From an uncultured Chloroflexia bacterium (lineage in GTDB: Bacteria > Chloroflexota > Limnocylindria > Limnocylindrales > CSP1-4), in the NCBI GenBank assembly GCA_963813535.1, contig CAWEZH010000002.1, positions 1,632,001-1,696,000 on the forward strand: DNA of 64,000 nucleotides, given 5' to 3'. This document shows, piece by piece, positions 48,384-57,615 of the stretch; within the stretch, counting starts at the first letter, position 1; each line of letters begins with the position of its first letter. The position numbers were made by a program, and so were the translations under genes. Below the pieces are notes generated by a model, which was not told where the DNA came from, searched no databases, and saw only the letters and a program-made list of their open reading frames with translations.

Positions 48384-50249
48384 TCATTCGTCGGCCCCGC
48401 CCCAGTTCTCGATGAGGTCGGAGAGGCCCTTGCCGGCCGGCATCATCGGGAACACGTTCTGCTCCTCGGCGATCTCGAACCAGACGAGCGCCGGCCCGTC
48501 GACGCCCTGGGCGAAGCGGATCGCCTCGTCGACCTCGGCCGGCGTCGATGCCTTGACCGAGGGGATCCCGAATGCCTCGGCGAGCTTGAGATAGTCGGGC
48601 CCGAGCAGATGCGCAGAGTGGTAATTGCCGCCGTAGATGATCTCCTGCCACTGGCGGATCATCCCGAGCTTCTTGTTATCGAACAGGGCGATCTTCACCG
48701 GGATGCGGTCCTGGACGAGCGTCATCAGCTCCTGGAACGTCATCTGGAAGCCGCCATCGCCGGTGATGGCCCAGGTCTCGCGGTCGGGCCGGCCAAGCGC
48801 CGCACCCATCGCCGCCGGGACGCTGAAGCCCATCGTCCCGAGGCCGCCCGACGACACGTGCTGGTTCGGCTCCCGGAAGCCCGCGTAGCGCGCCAGCCAC
48901 ATCTGGTTCTGGCCCACGTCCGCGACGTAGGTCGCCCTGTGGTCGCTCAGCTCGCCGATCCGCTCGACGACGTAGTCGGCCGACAGCAGGCCGTCACGCC
49001 ACGCGCCGGAGCCGTGCCACGACGAGGCTTCCGAGTCCTTGCGCCATTCCGCGAGCTGGTCGAAGTACGCCTGTCGCTCGGTCATCGCGGTTTCCGGCAC
49101 CATCCGCGTCAGCGCCTCGAGTACGCGCTTGGCGTCGCCGACGATGGGCACCTCGACCGCGACGTTCTTGCCGATCTCGGCCGGGTCGATATCGGCGTGG
49201 ACGATCCGCGCATACGGCGCGTAGGTCCGCACGTTGCCGGTGACCCGGTCGTCGAAGCGCATGCCGATGGCGATGAGGAGGTCTGCCGACTGGATGGCCC
49301 GGTTGACGTGCTTCCAGCCGTGCATGCCCATGTACCCATAGGCGAGCGGGTGGGTCTCATCCATCGCGCCGATGCCGAGCAGCGTCCAGGCGACGGGGAT
49401 CGAGGTCTTCTCGGCGAAGGCGCGCAGCGCATCCCACCCCTCGGCGTGGAGCACACCGTGGCCGGCCAGGATCACCGGCCGCTTCGCCGCGGCGATCTCG
49501 TTGACGGCCAGCTTCAGCTGACGGCCATGGCCCTCGAGGTTCGGCCGGAAGCCCGGCAGGCCGGCGACCATCTCCGCCTCGGACGGGTGCACGGCACGGG
49601 TCTCCTGCTGGAGCGCGTCCTTCGTGATGTCGATGTGGACGGGTCCGGGGCGACCACTCCGGGCGATATGGAATGCCTCGGCCACGACGCGCGGCAGGTC
49701 GTCGGCGTCGCGGACCAGGTAGTTGTGCTTCGTCATCGGCAACGTGATGCCGTTGATGTCGATCTCCTGGAACGCGTCCTTGCCGATCAGCGCCGCGGGC
49801 ACGTTCCCGGTGATCGCGACCATCGGCACCGAATCGAGGAGGGCCGTCCCGATACCGGTGACGAGGTTGGTCGCACCCGGACCGGACGTGCCCATGCACA
49901 CACCGACGCGCCCGGTCACGCGGGCGTAGCCGTCCGCAGCGTGGGCGCCACCCTGCTCGTGACGGACGAGCACGTGGCGCAGCTCCGGGTAGTCGCCAAG
50001 CACGTCGTACAGCGGCAGGATCACGCCGCCCGGGTAGCTGAAGAACACATCGACGCCCTGGCGGAGTAGCGCCTCGCACAGGACGTCCGCGCCGATGCGT
50101 GTGCGCTTGAGATCGCGTGCCTCATGGAGCATGTCCTTGCGCGCCTGCTCGACCGCGGCGGCAGCGGACGAGCCGTCACCCGGCACGTGGCTGCGACGCG
50201 GCCGCGCCGGGGGACTCGGTGGTTTCGTGGTGTCGGTCTTCGTCGTCAT
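48384..50249 (-). CDS. ilvB: Acetolactate synthase large subunit
   Basis: YPGG, RHEQ, TSGPGATN, DAFQE, RFDDRV, GDGGFQM, GMIRQWQ. Confidence 0.97.
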   Translation of the reverse strand: MTTKTDTTKPPSPPARPRRSHVPGDGSSAAAAVEQARKDMLHEARDLKRTRIGADVLCEALLRQGVDVFFSYPGGVILPLYDVLGDYPELRHVLVRHEQGGAHAADGYARVTGRVGVCMGTSGPGATNLVTGIGTALLDSVPMVAITGNVPAALIGKDAFQEIDINGITLPMTKHNYLVRDADDLPRVVAEAFHIARSGRPGPVHIDITKDALQQETRAVHPSEAEMVAGLPGFRPNLEGHGRQLKLAVNEIAAAKRPVILAGHGVLHAEGWDALRAFAEKTSIPVAWTLLGIGAMDETHPLAYGYMGMHGWKHVNRAIQSADLLIAIGMRFDDRVTGNVRTYAPYARIVHADIDPAEIGKNVAVEVPIVGDAKRVLEALTRMVPETAMTERQAYFDQLAEWRKDSEASSWHGSGAWRDGLLSADYVVERIGELSDHRATYVADVGQNQMWLARYAGFREPNQHVSSGGLGTMGFSVPAAMGAALGRPDRETWAITGDGGFQMTFQELMTLVQDRIPVKIALFDNKKLGMIRQWQEIIYGGNYHSAHLLGPDYLKLAEAFGIPSVKASTPAEVDEAIRFAQGVDGPALVWFEIAEEQNVFPMMPAGKGLSDLIENWGGADE

Positions 50250-50274
50250 GTGGCCCTCAGCAGTGACGGACAGC

Positions 50275-50302
50275 AAAAGACCCTCGCCTCCCGGCGAGGG
50301 TC
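50275..50302 (-). terminator. Intrinsic terminator (attenuator) in the ilvB leader
   Basis: Minus strand GACCCTCGCC-GGGA-GGCGAGGGTC-TTTT: perfect 10-bp stem plus U-tract, about 25 nt before the ilvB start. Confidence 0.9.
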
Positions 50303-50330
50303 CCATCGGTGTTGCAGTGGTTCGTGACGG

Positions 50331-50540
50331 CTAGCGTCCGTCCCTCCGCATCCCTCCGTTCTCCCGCCGGGAGCCGGTAATGAGCCCAAGAAGCCCATCA
50401 AGGCTCAGAAGCGAGCGAAGAAGCGCGAGGAGCGATACGTCGGCGAGCGGGTTCGGATCGATGGGCATCTGGACACGCCGACCATCCGCTGTCACGACGA
50501 CGGCGACGGCGCGGCGATCCTGCCGATCGAAACGGCCCAA
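50331..50540 (-). CDS. Putative ilv/leu operon leader peptide (69 aa, Val and Leu tracts)
   Basis: GGAGG SD shortly before TTG 50540; AVAVVVT tract, then 10 Leu in 17 codons (6 CTT) and an ATT; stop just before the terminator. Confidence 0.7.
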   Translation of the reverse strand: MGRFDRQDRRAVAVVVTADGRRVQMPIDPNPLADVSLLALLRSLLSLDGLLGLITGSRRENGGMRRDGR

Positions 50541-50591
50541 GCTGGCCTCCAAACGCTGCGTCCGCTCGGTGGGGACCGTGCGGTTCGCGAA

Positions 50592-50619
50592 AGTCTAGCA
50601 GGGATCGTACCCCCGTCAA
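50592..50619 (-). promoter_or_regulatory. Sigma70-type promoter of the ilv/leu operon
   Basis: TTGACG-16 nt-TAGACT with TGn extension. Confidence 0.75.
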
Positions 50620-50695
50620 CGTTCCCCCGATGGTCCTGGGCGTGCCAGACGTCTCGCGGGCCGTGCTCGGCGGCGGTGGTGCGGTCGCCTGACCC

Positions 50696-52306
50696 TCAGG
50701 CGCCGCCGATCCATGGGCTCGGTGCGGAGCGTAGTCCGCGTAGGTCGAGGGTCTGGGAACGGACCAGCTTGTCGAAGTCGATCGTCTCGGTCGGGGGGCG
50801 CTCCGACGGGACGCCCAGCAGGTAGCCCTGGCCGGCGCGGATATCCAGCGATCGCACGAACTCGAGCTGCTCGACGGTCTCGACACCCTCGGCGATGACC
50901 AATGCTCCCCAGCGGTCGGCCAGGTCCTTGAGCGTTCGGACCACCTCGTGCGACGTGGCCCGGATGGCACCACCCTGGACGAGGGAGAGGTCGATCTTGA
51001 CGATGTCGAAGCGGAGCTGTGACAGGAGCCGGAGGCCGGCATTGCCGGCGCCGACGTCGTCGGCGGCCACGCGCATCCCGGCCGTCCGGCACGACTCGAG
51101 CGCCCGGGTCAGGCGATCCATGTCCTCGACCGTCTCTCGCTCGGTCAGCTCAAGGACCACCCGCGCCGGATCGACGCCGTGGCGGTGGAGCAGCTGGACG
51201 AGGCCATGGACGCTGAACTGGTCGGACTCGAGCGAGCGCGGTGAGATGTTGAGGGTCAGGCTGCCCGGGAGCGCCTGCCGCGCGAACGCGGCGATCGACG
51301 TCGTCAGGCAGGCGAGGTCGAGCTCCACGGTCCGGCCGAAGGCCTCCGCCGCGGTGAACAGATCGGTGGCACCGGTGAAGCCCGAGCCCGGCATGGGCCG
51401 GCTGAGCGCTTCGTAGCCGCGCGGCCGACCGCTGCGCAGATCGAAGATCGGCTGGAAGAGCGTGACCAGCGCTCCGGATGCGGCCACGCGGGCGACCAGG
51501 GCCGCCCTGCCGGCAGCCGATCGCTCGGTGCCCGGCGAGCCGTCCCGCTCCGGGTCGAACACCGTCACGCAGGTCCGGCCGTGCTTCTTGCCGAAGGCCA
51601 GGGCGGCGTCGGCCTCGCGGTAGAGCGTCGCCCGATCGGTCGCCGTCCCGGGGATCGCCGAGATGCCGACCGTGAACGACCACGGCTGCGCGGCCGGTTC
51701 GTTGCGCCGACGGTCATCGACGCCCCGCTCGAGGACCGTGGCCAGCACACGCCGCATCGCGAGGTAGGCACCGTCGGCGTCGACCCCTGGCATCAGCACG
51801 GCGAACTCATCGCCGCCGATGCGGAACACGTGGTCGCTGCGACGGAGCGCTGCGGCTATCACCCCGGCCACGCCGACCAGGACGCGGTCGCCACCGGCAT
51901 GCCCCTCGGCATCATTGACCTTGCCGAAGTCGTCGAGGTCGACGATCGCCAGGGTCAGCCGCGAGTTGTACCTGGTCGCGCCGAGCCACTGGCGCTCGAG
52001 CTCCTCCTGGAACGATCTGTGGTTGCCCAGACCGGTGAGGGCATCGCGGAGTGATTCGGCGCGCGCTCTCGCGTAGGCGTCCTCCAGCACGAGGCGGGCT
52101 CGATCGAGGCGTTCGGCGGGCTCCAGGATGCGTTTCGACATCCACACGGTGAGGGCGCCGAGCGCGACCACGATCGCCGCGATCCCAAGACTCGGCAGCA
52201 GGATCGATCTCCCGTCGCCGCTCGCGAGCGTGTAGACGATCGGTGCGGCCAGCGCGATCGGGATCATGAACATCGTGGTGAGCGCGAGGAACAGACGGAG
52301 TCGCAC
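50696..52306 (-). CDS. Membrane GGDEF-EAL protein (copy B)
   Basis: Two TMs, [13 protein letters not shown]-site plus GGDEF, YEALSR, DDVGAG, KID, EGVE, QGY. Confidence 0.92.
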   Translation of the reverse strand: MRLRLFLALTTMFMIPIALAAPIVYTLASGDGRSILLPSLGIAAIVVALGALTVWMSKRILEPAERLDRARLVLEDAYARARAESLRDALTGLGNHRSFQEELERQWLGATRYNSRLTLAIVDLDDFGKVNDAEGHAGGDRVLVGVAGVIAAALRRSDHVFRIGGDEFAVLMPGVDADGAYLAMRRVLATVLERGVDDRRRNEPAAQPWSFTVGISAIPGTATDRATLYREADAALAFGKKHGRTCVTVFDPERDGSPGTERSAAGRAALVARVAASGALVTLFQPIFDLRSGRPRGYEALSRPMPGSGFTGATDLFTAAEAFGRTVELDLACLTTSIAAFARQALPGSLTLNISPRSLESDQFSVHGLVQLLHRHGVDPARVVLELTERETVEDMDRLTRALESCRTAGMRVAADDVGAGNAGLRLLSQLRFDIVKIDLSLVQGGAIRATSHEVVRTLKDLADRWGALVIAEGVETVEQLEFVRSLDIRAGQGYLLGVPSERPPTETIDFDKLVRSQTLDLRGLRSAPSPWIGGA

Positions 52307-52579
52307 GACGCGCAGGTCGGTCGACCCGTCGAAGATGGCCTCGTCGGGCTCGCGCGGATCAGGCGTCCGGTCGCTGACCTGGTTCGTGGCAGCTCTCCAC
52401 TCGGGCGGGTACTCCCCGGGCAGTGGTTATACGTCGTGGTTCGGGTGTCGACTACACGCACCGTCGTACCGTTCGCCGTAGGACCTCCGGCACCCTCTGC
52501 TACCCTTCCGGCCGCAAGGGACGGCCGCGGCTGCAAGGCGGCCGCCGCCACGTCCTCGCCGCCGGAGACCGCGCCCGCC

Positions 52580-54019
52580 ATGACCGAACCGCGCACGATC
52601 GTCGACAAGATCTGGGCCGACCACGTCGTCGCCCAGGATCCGGGCGCTCCGGACGTGCTCGCGATCGACCTCCATCTCGTCCACGAGGTCACCTCACCGC
52701 AGGCGTTCACGGGCCTCCGCGAACGCGGGTTGACGGTCCGCCGACCCGGCCAGACCGTGGCGACGGCCGATCACTCGATCCCGACGACGCCGCGGAGCTT
52801 GCCGATGCTCGATGCCCAGGCGGCCGCGCAGATCAGCCAGCTCGAGCGCAACTGCGCCGATTTCGGCATCCCGCTCCACGGCATCGGCTCGGCCTCGCAG
52901 GGCATCGTGCACGTCATCGGTCCGCAGCTCGGTCTGACCCAGCCCGGCATGACCATCGTGTGCGGTGACTCGCATACGTCGACGCACGGCGCGTTCGGCG
53001 CACTGGCCTTCGGGATCGGGACCAGCGAGGTCGAGATGGTCCTCGCGACCCAGTCGTTGCTCCAGCGCCACCCGAGCACCTACGAGGTGCGCGTCGATGG
53101 TCGTCTGGCGCCCGGCGTCTCGGCCAAGGACATCATCCTCGCCCTCATCGCGCGGATCGGCGTCGGCGGCGGCACCGGCCACGTGTTCGAGTACCGCGGC
53201 GAGGCGATCCGCGCCCTGACGATGGAACAGCGGATGACCATCTGCAACATGAGCATCGAGGGTGGCGCCAGGGCCGGACTGATCGCCCCCGACGACACCA
53301 CGTTCGAATATGTCCACGGGCGCCCCCACGCCCCGACCGGCGCGGACTGGGATGCGGCCGTGGAACGCTGGCGCGAACTACCGACGGACGATGGCGCGAC
53401 ATTCGACCGCTCGATCACGATCGACGCGAACGCGCTCGAGCCGATGATCACCTACGGGACGAACCCGGGGATGGGCATCCCGATCACGTCGCGCGTGCCA
53501 TCGCCCGACGAGATGACCGATCCCGCGCAGCGACGCGCGCTCGAGCACGCCCTCGCCTACATGGACCTCCGGCCTGGGCAGCCGATCCTCGGCCAGAAGG
53601 TCGACGTCGTTTTCGTCGGATCCTGCACGAACGGTCGCATCAGCGACCTGCGCCTTGCCGCCGCTGCGCTGAAGGATCGCCATGTCGCGGACGGCGTGCA
53701 GCTGATGGTCACGCCGGGCAGCGACGAGGTGAAGCGCGAGGCGGAGCGCGAGGGTCTCGCCGACATCTTCAAGGCGGCCGGCGCGGACTGGCGCGAGTCA
53801 GGCTGCTCGATGTGCATCGCGATGAACGGCGACCAACTGTCTCCTGGTCAGTACTCGGTCAGCACGTCGAACCGCAACTTCGAGGGCCGCCAGGGCAAGG
53901 GCGGGCGGACGTTCCTCGCCTCGCCCCTGACGGCCGCCGCGTCCGCCATCAGCGGGGTGGTCACGGACCCGCGGACGCTGCCCGGCATCGAAACGCTCGC
54001 CGCGGTCGGGGGACGCTGA
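52580..54019 (+). CDS. leuC: 3-isopropylmalate dehydratase large subunit
   Basis: [47 protein letters not shown]. Confidence 0.97.
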   Translation: MTEPRTIVDKIWADHVVAQDPGAPDVLAIDLHLVHEVTSPQAFTGLRERGLTVRRPGQTVATADHSIPTTPRSLPMLDAQAAAQISQLERNCADFGIPLHGIGSASQGIVHVIGPQLGLTQPGMTIVCGDSHTSTHGAFGALAFGIGTSEVEMVLATQSLLQRHPSTYEVRVDGRLAPGVSAKDIILALIARIGVGGGTGHVFEYRGEAIRALTMEQRMTICNMSIEGGARAGLIAPDDTTFEYVHGRPHAPTGADWDAAVERWRELPTDDGATFDRSITIDANALEPMITYGTNPGMGIPITSRVPSPDEMTDPAQRRALEHALAYMDLRPGQPILGQKVDVVFVGSCTNGRISDLRLAAAALKDRHVADGVQLMVTPGSDEVKREAEREGLADIFKAAGADWRESGCSMCIAMNGDQLSPGQYSVSTSNRNFEGRQGKGGRTFLASPLTAAASAISGVVTDPRTLPGIETLAAVGGR

Positions 54020-54022
54020 CGC

Positions 54023-54643
54023 GTGGCCGAGCCGTTCCGGATCTTCACGACGAAGGTCGTCCCGATCGATGCCGAGAACGTCGACACCGACCAGATCATC
54101 CCGGCGCGCTACCTCAAGGTCACCGACAAGGTGGGCCTTGCCGATGCGTTGTTCCGGGACTGGCGGTTCGAGGAGGACGGCTCCCTGAAGGACCCGCCGT
54201 TCATCCTCGACCAGCCGGGCATGGCCGGCCGCGGCATCCTCCTGGTCGGCGACAACTTCGGTTCGGGCTCGTCACGCGAGCACGCGCCCTGGGCGCTCAC
54301 GTCCTGGGGTGTACGGGCCATCCTGTCGACCGGCTTCGCCGACATCTTCCGCAGCAACAGCCTCAAGAACGGATTGCTGCCGATCGCCGTGCCGCCGGAG
54401 ATCCATCGCCGATTGCGCGATCTCATCGAGCGCGATCCCGAGGCGGAGCTCACCGTCGACCTGGCCGAGCAGGGCGTGCTCCTGCCCGACGGCTCGACGA
54501 TCGATTTCGAGATCGACCCGTTCGCCAAGCGGATGCTGCTGGCCGGCACTGACGAGCTCGGCTATCTCCTCTCGAAGGAGAGCGACATCGTCGCCTGGGA
54601 ATCGAACCACCCACCCCGGATCGAGACGCGCGTCACGACCTGA
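54023..54643 (+). CDS. leuD: 3-isopropylmalate dehydratase small subunit
   Basis: NVDTDQIIPAR, NFGSGSSREHAPW, FADIF. Confidence 0.97.
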   Translation: MAEPFRIFTTKVVPIDAENVDTDQIIPARYLKVTDKVGLADALFRDWRFEEDGSLKDPPFILDQPGMAGRGILLVGDNFGSGSSREHAPWALTSWGVRAILSTGFADIFRSNSLKNGLLPIAVPPEIHRRLRDLIERDPEAELTVDLAEQGVLLPDGSTIDFEIDPFAKRMLLAGTDELGYLLSKESDIVAWESNHPPRIETRVTT

Positions 54644-54671
54644 GACGGGCCGAGCCGCCTCCCGGCCCGTC
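54644..54671 (+). terminator. GC-rich hairpin after leuD (possible terminator)
   Basis: GACGGGCCG...CGGCCCGTC immediately after the stop; no clear U-tract. Confidence 0.5.
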
Positions 54672-54858
54672 CCATCCTGCCAAATGTGCACCTGGTGCAC
54701 GTTGGTCCGGATCGGGAGACGCTTTCATGCGCCAGGACGGATGGTCATGCAACGGCCGCGATCAGCGGTGCAGGCGGCCTCATCGTCATGCATCGATATG
54801 CATCCAGTGCGGCCTGTCAGCCCGCAAGTCGGTGCCGAAGGTGCACGTGCGAGCATTT

Positions 54859-54940
54859 GGCCGGAATGTCGCGTGCCGGGCCGGCGAGATCCCGGCCGGA
54901 ACGTCGCGTGCCGGGCCGGCGGGATCGCGGCCGGAATCGC
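54859..54940. repeat. 35-bp tandem repeat (about 2.3 copies)
   Basis: GGCCGGAATGTCGCGTGCCGGGCCGGCGAGATCCC / GGCCGGAACGTCGCGTGCCGGGCCGGCGGGATCGC / GGCCGGAATCGC. Confidence 0.8.
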
Positions 54941-55238
54941 CCGAGATCACCGAGACTCACCCGGCGGCGGACTCCGTCCAGCGAGGCGTGATCGGGCGGA
55001 GCACCGTCCAGCGCGCGCACACGGCACAGCCGAGGTACGGCGTCGGACCGTGCTGACGATGCGCCTCGACGGCGGCGCGCAAGACGCGGAACGGACGGAT
55101 GGCCGCGTGCGGGGCAGGTCGTTTCATGGTCGTGTCCTCGGATGGAGCGGCGGTTCGATGGACCCAGCATCGACGCCGCGCGCCCTCGAGCCCACTGACG
55201 CACGCCCCGTCCTGGGCTGGACGATCGACGATGGGCTG

Positions 55239-55265
55239 GGAACCGCCGAGCGCGCCACGCCGTCT
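55239..55265 (+). promoter_or_regulatory. Putative ECF-sigma promoter
   Basis: GGAACC-16 nt-CGTCT, 8 nt before ATG 55274. Confidence 0.6.
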
Positions 55266-55273
55266 CCCACGCC

Positions 55274-55807
55274 ATGGATGCCCTACCTCGGCCGGCCCGC
55301 CTCGCATCAGGCCTCCTCGCCCTCGTGGTCGCCCTCGCGGCCTGTTCCGGAGGCGCCGCGGCGCCATCGTCCCCGCCGTCGGCATCGCCGCCCGACGCGC
55401 CGGTGACGGCTCCCCCGAGCGACGGCACCGGTGATGGCGCGAGCCAGGACCCCGGCGTCGGTCTCGGGGCGAAGCCGATCGTTCCGAAGCCCGGGCAGGC
55501 CATCAATGTCCGCCCGATCGCTGCCGAGCAGCTGGTCGCACGCGTGGAAGGCGACAAGATCGTCGTCAAGGCCGTCTGGACCAGCGGCGTCGAACCCTGC
55601 ACGATCCTCGACTCGATCGCGGTCGACAAGGGGGACGGGACCTACACGATCACCCTGCGCGAAGGCAACAGCCCGCAGGAGATCGCGTGCATCGCCATCG
55701 CTGAGCAGCACGTGACCGAGTTCGAGATCCCCGACGTCGCGCCCGGGACCTGGACGATCGCGGACTCTGGCGGCGTCGCCGCCCCGGTCGAGGTGGTCGT
55801 CAGCTGA
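55274..55807 (+). CDS. Hypothetical lipoprotein
   Basis: Lipobox LAAC, Pro/Ser linker, beta-rich domain with a Cys pair (GVEPC...IACIAIA). Confidence 0.8.
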   Translation: MDALPRPARLASGLLALVVALAACSGGAAAPSSPPSASPPDAPVTAPPSDGTGDGASQDPGVGLGAKPIVPKPGQAINVRPIAAEQLVARVEGDKIVVKAVWTSGVEPCTILDSIAVDKGDGTYTITLREGNSPQEIACIAIAEQHVTEFEIPDVAPGTWTIADSGGVAAPVEVVVS

Positions 55808-55891
55808 TCGCAACGGTCCGTCAGTCCACATAGCCGAACCGGACCGACCCCGCGCGGGGCGCGCCGGTGGCCCCTGTGCGACGATCGAGCG

Positions 55892-57076
55892 GTGAACCCG
55901 CTCGATCTCGTGGCGATCCTGCTCGTCATCCTCGCCGTCATCCTCGGGTTCCACTCGGGAGCACTCCCGCAGGTCGGCGGCCTGCTCGGTGCGGTCGTTG
56001 GTGGCGCACTGGCGATCCTGGCCTTGCCCCATCTGGTCGAGCCGCTGGGCAACGTCCCGGCCGGGATCCGCCCGTACGTCGTCCTCGCGGGGCTCCTGAT
56101 GGCGGTGGGCGTCGGTGAGTCGATCGGCTCGGCCATCGGGCGGACCGGCGCCAAGTCCCTCGGTACGGGGTACCTCGGCGCCGCCGATCGCGTCGCCGGC
56201 AGCCTGACCGGTGCAGCCCAGGCGTTGCTCGTCATCTGGCTCGCCGGCGGCCTGCTCGCATTGGGGCCGGTGGCCCGCCTGAGCGAGGCCGCGCAGACAT
56301 CGACCGCGGTCCGCACGTTGAATGCCGTGCTGCCGCCCCCGACCGAGATCGCCGGCGACCTCGGCCAGCTGCTCGACGATACCGGCTTGCCGGACGTCTT
56401 CGTCGGCTTCGAACCGCTCCCGAAGGCGCCGGTCGACCCGCCGAGCGATGCCATCGCCAGGCGGATCGCGGGGGATGCGCAGGCCAGCACGGTCCGCGTC
56501 CGCGCGGGGGTGTGCGGTGCCGTCGCGTCAGGGAGCGGGGTCGTCGTCCGGAACGGTTATGTCGTCACGAACGCCCACGTGGTCGCCGGCGCACGCGATG
56601 GCGCGGTGGACGTCTCGACCGTCCTGGGCGAGCGGGCCGGTGCCCGAGTCGTCCTGTTCGACCCCTCGCTCGACGTCGCGTTGCTGTGGGCCCCGGACCT
56701 CCGCGCCGATCCGCTCCGATTCACCAACGGCAACCCCGACCGTGGCACCCTCGGTGCAGCCTTGGGCTTCCCGGGCGGTGGCTCCCTCAGCGTCGTGCCG
56801 GCGGCGGTCACAGGGTCCTATCGCGCGACCGGCCGTGACATCTACGGCCAGGTCCGCGTGGACCGGGACATCCTCGAGCTGCGCGCCCAGATCGATCGCG
56901 GCGACAGCGGCGGCCCATTCGTGCTCCAGGATGGGACGATCGGCGGACTCGTCTTCGCCGAGGCGCGGACGGATCCCGACGTGGGCTACGCGTTGAGTCC
57001 GACGTCCGTGGCGGTCCGGATCGCCCCGGCCCTCAGTCAGACCAGCGCGGTCGCGACCGGAGCGTGTCTGCGCTGA
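55892..57076 (+). CDS. marP: MarP-family membrane serine protease (CvpA-like TM domain + trypsin domain)
   Basis: Four N-terminal TMs; TNAHVVAG, DVALL, GDSGGP catalytic triad; terminal TGAC. Confidence 0.9.
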   Translation: MNPLDLVAILLVILAVILGFHSGALPQVGGLLGAVVGGALAILALPHLVEPLGNVPAGIRPYVVLAGLLMAVGVGESIGSAIGRTGAKSLGTGYLGAADRVAGSLTGAAQALLVIWLAGGLLALGPVARLSEAAQTSTAVRTLNAVLPPPTEIAGDLGQLLDDTGLPDVFVGFEPLPKAPVDPPSDAIARRIAGDAQASTVRVRAGVCGAVASGSGVVVRNGYVVTNAHVVAGARDGAVDVSTVLGERAGARVVLFDPSLDVALLWAPDLRADPLRFTNGNPDRGTLGAALGFPGGGSLSVVPAAVTGSYRATGRDIYGQVRVDRDILELRAQIDRGDSGGPFVLQDGTIGGLVFAEARTDPDVGYALSPTSVAVRIAPALSQTSAVATGACLR

Positions 57077-57077
57077 G

Positions 57078-57494
57078 CTAGTTCACCCGGTCGGGCGCCA
57101 GATCCGAGATCCAGCGGGCGACCGCCTTCAGCACCTTCTCGCGGATCGCCGGTTGCGCGTCCAGCAGCGAGGTGAACTCGCGATGACCGATGACGAGCAG
57201 GCGGGTCGGCGTCGAGGCCGTCACGGTCGCCGCGCGGGGGACATTCCCGAGTAGCGCGAGCTCACCGAAGAATTCACCCTCACCCATGGCGTTGATCGTC
57301 TTGCCACCCTTGGTGACGTCGACCTTGCCGTCGAGGATCACGAAGAACTCGTGGCCCGCCCCGCCCTCCTTCGTCAGGACCTTTCCTGCGGGAACGGACA
57401 CCTCGTCGGCCAGACGCCCGACCTGCGTCAGATCCGCGGAACCAAGGCCCGCGAACAGCGGCACCTTCGAGAGCATCGTCAGCTTCTGATCCAT
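57078..57494 (-). CDS. Stand-alone cyclic-nucleotide-binding domain protein
   Basis: LSKVPLF, FVILDG, FFGELAL...PRAATV; GACGAT 7 nt before ATG 57494. Confidence 0.9.
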   Translation of the reverse strand: MDQKLTMLSKVPLFAGLGSADLTQVGRLADEVSVPAGKVLTKEGGAGHEFFVILDGKVDVTKGGKTINAMGEGEFFGELALLGNVPRAATVTASTPTRLLVIGHREFTSLLDAQPAIREKVLKAVARWISDLAPDRVN

Positions 57495-57615
57495 CGCCTC
57501 GATCGTCCCTCCGCATCGACCCCTCGGGTCCGGTCGCGGCAGCATACGCGCTGGGTACCGTCGCGGGAAGGTCGTCGCGTCGCGATACCTGACCGCGCTC
57601 CGTACACTGCACGCC

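Noticed and set aside
50275-50600. T-box riboswitch upstream of ilvB
   Set aside because: No TGGNACCGCG T-box motif is visible; a Leu/Val-rich ORF plus terminator explains the leader better.
54859-54940. 35-bp repeats as a CRISPR array
   Set aside because: The copies are directly adjacent with no spacers, there are only about 2.3 of them, and no cas genes are in the window.
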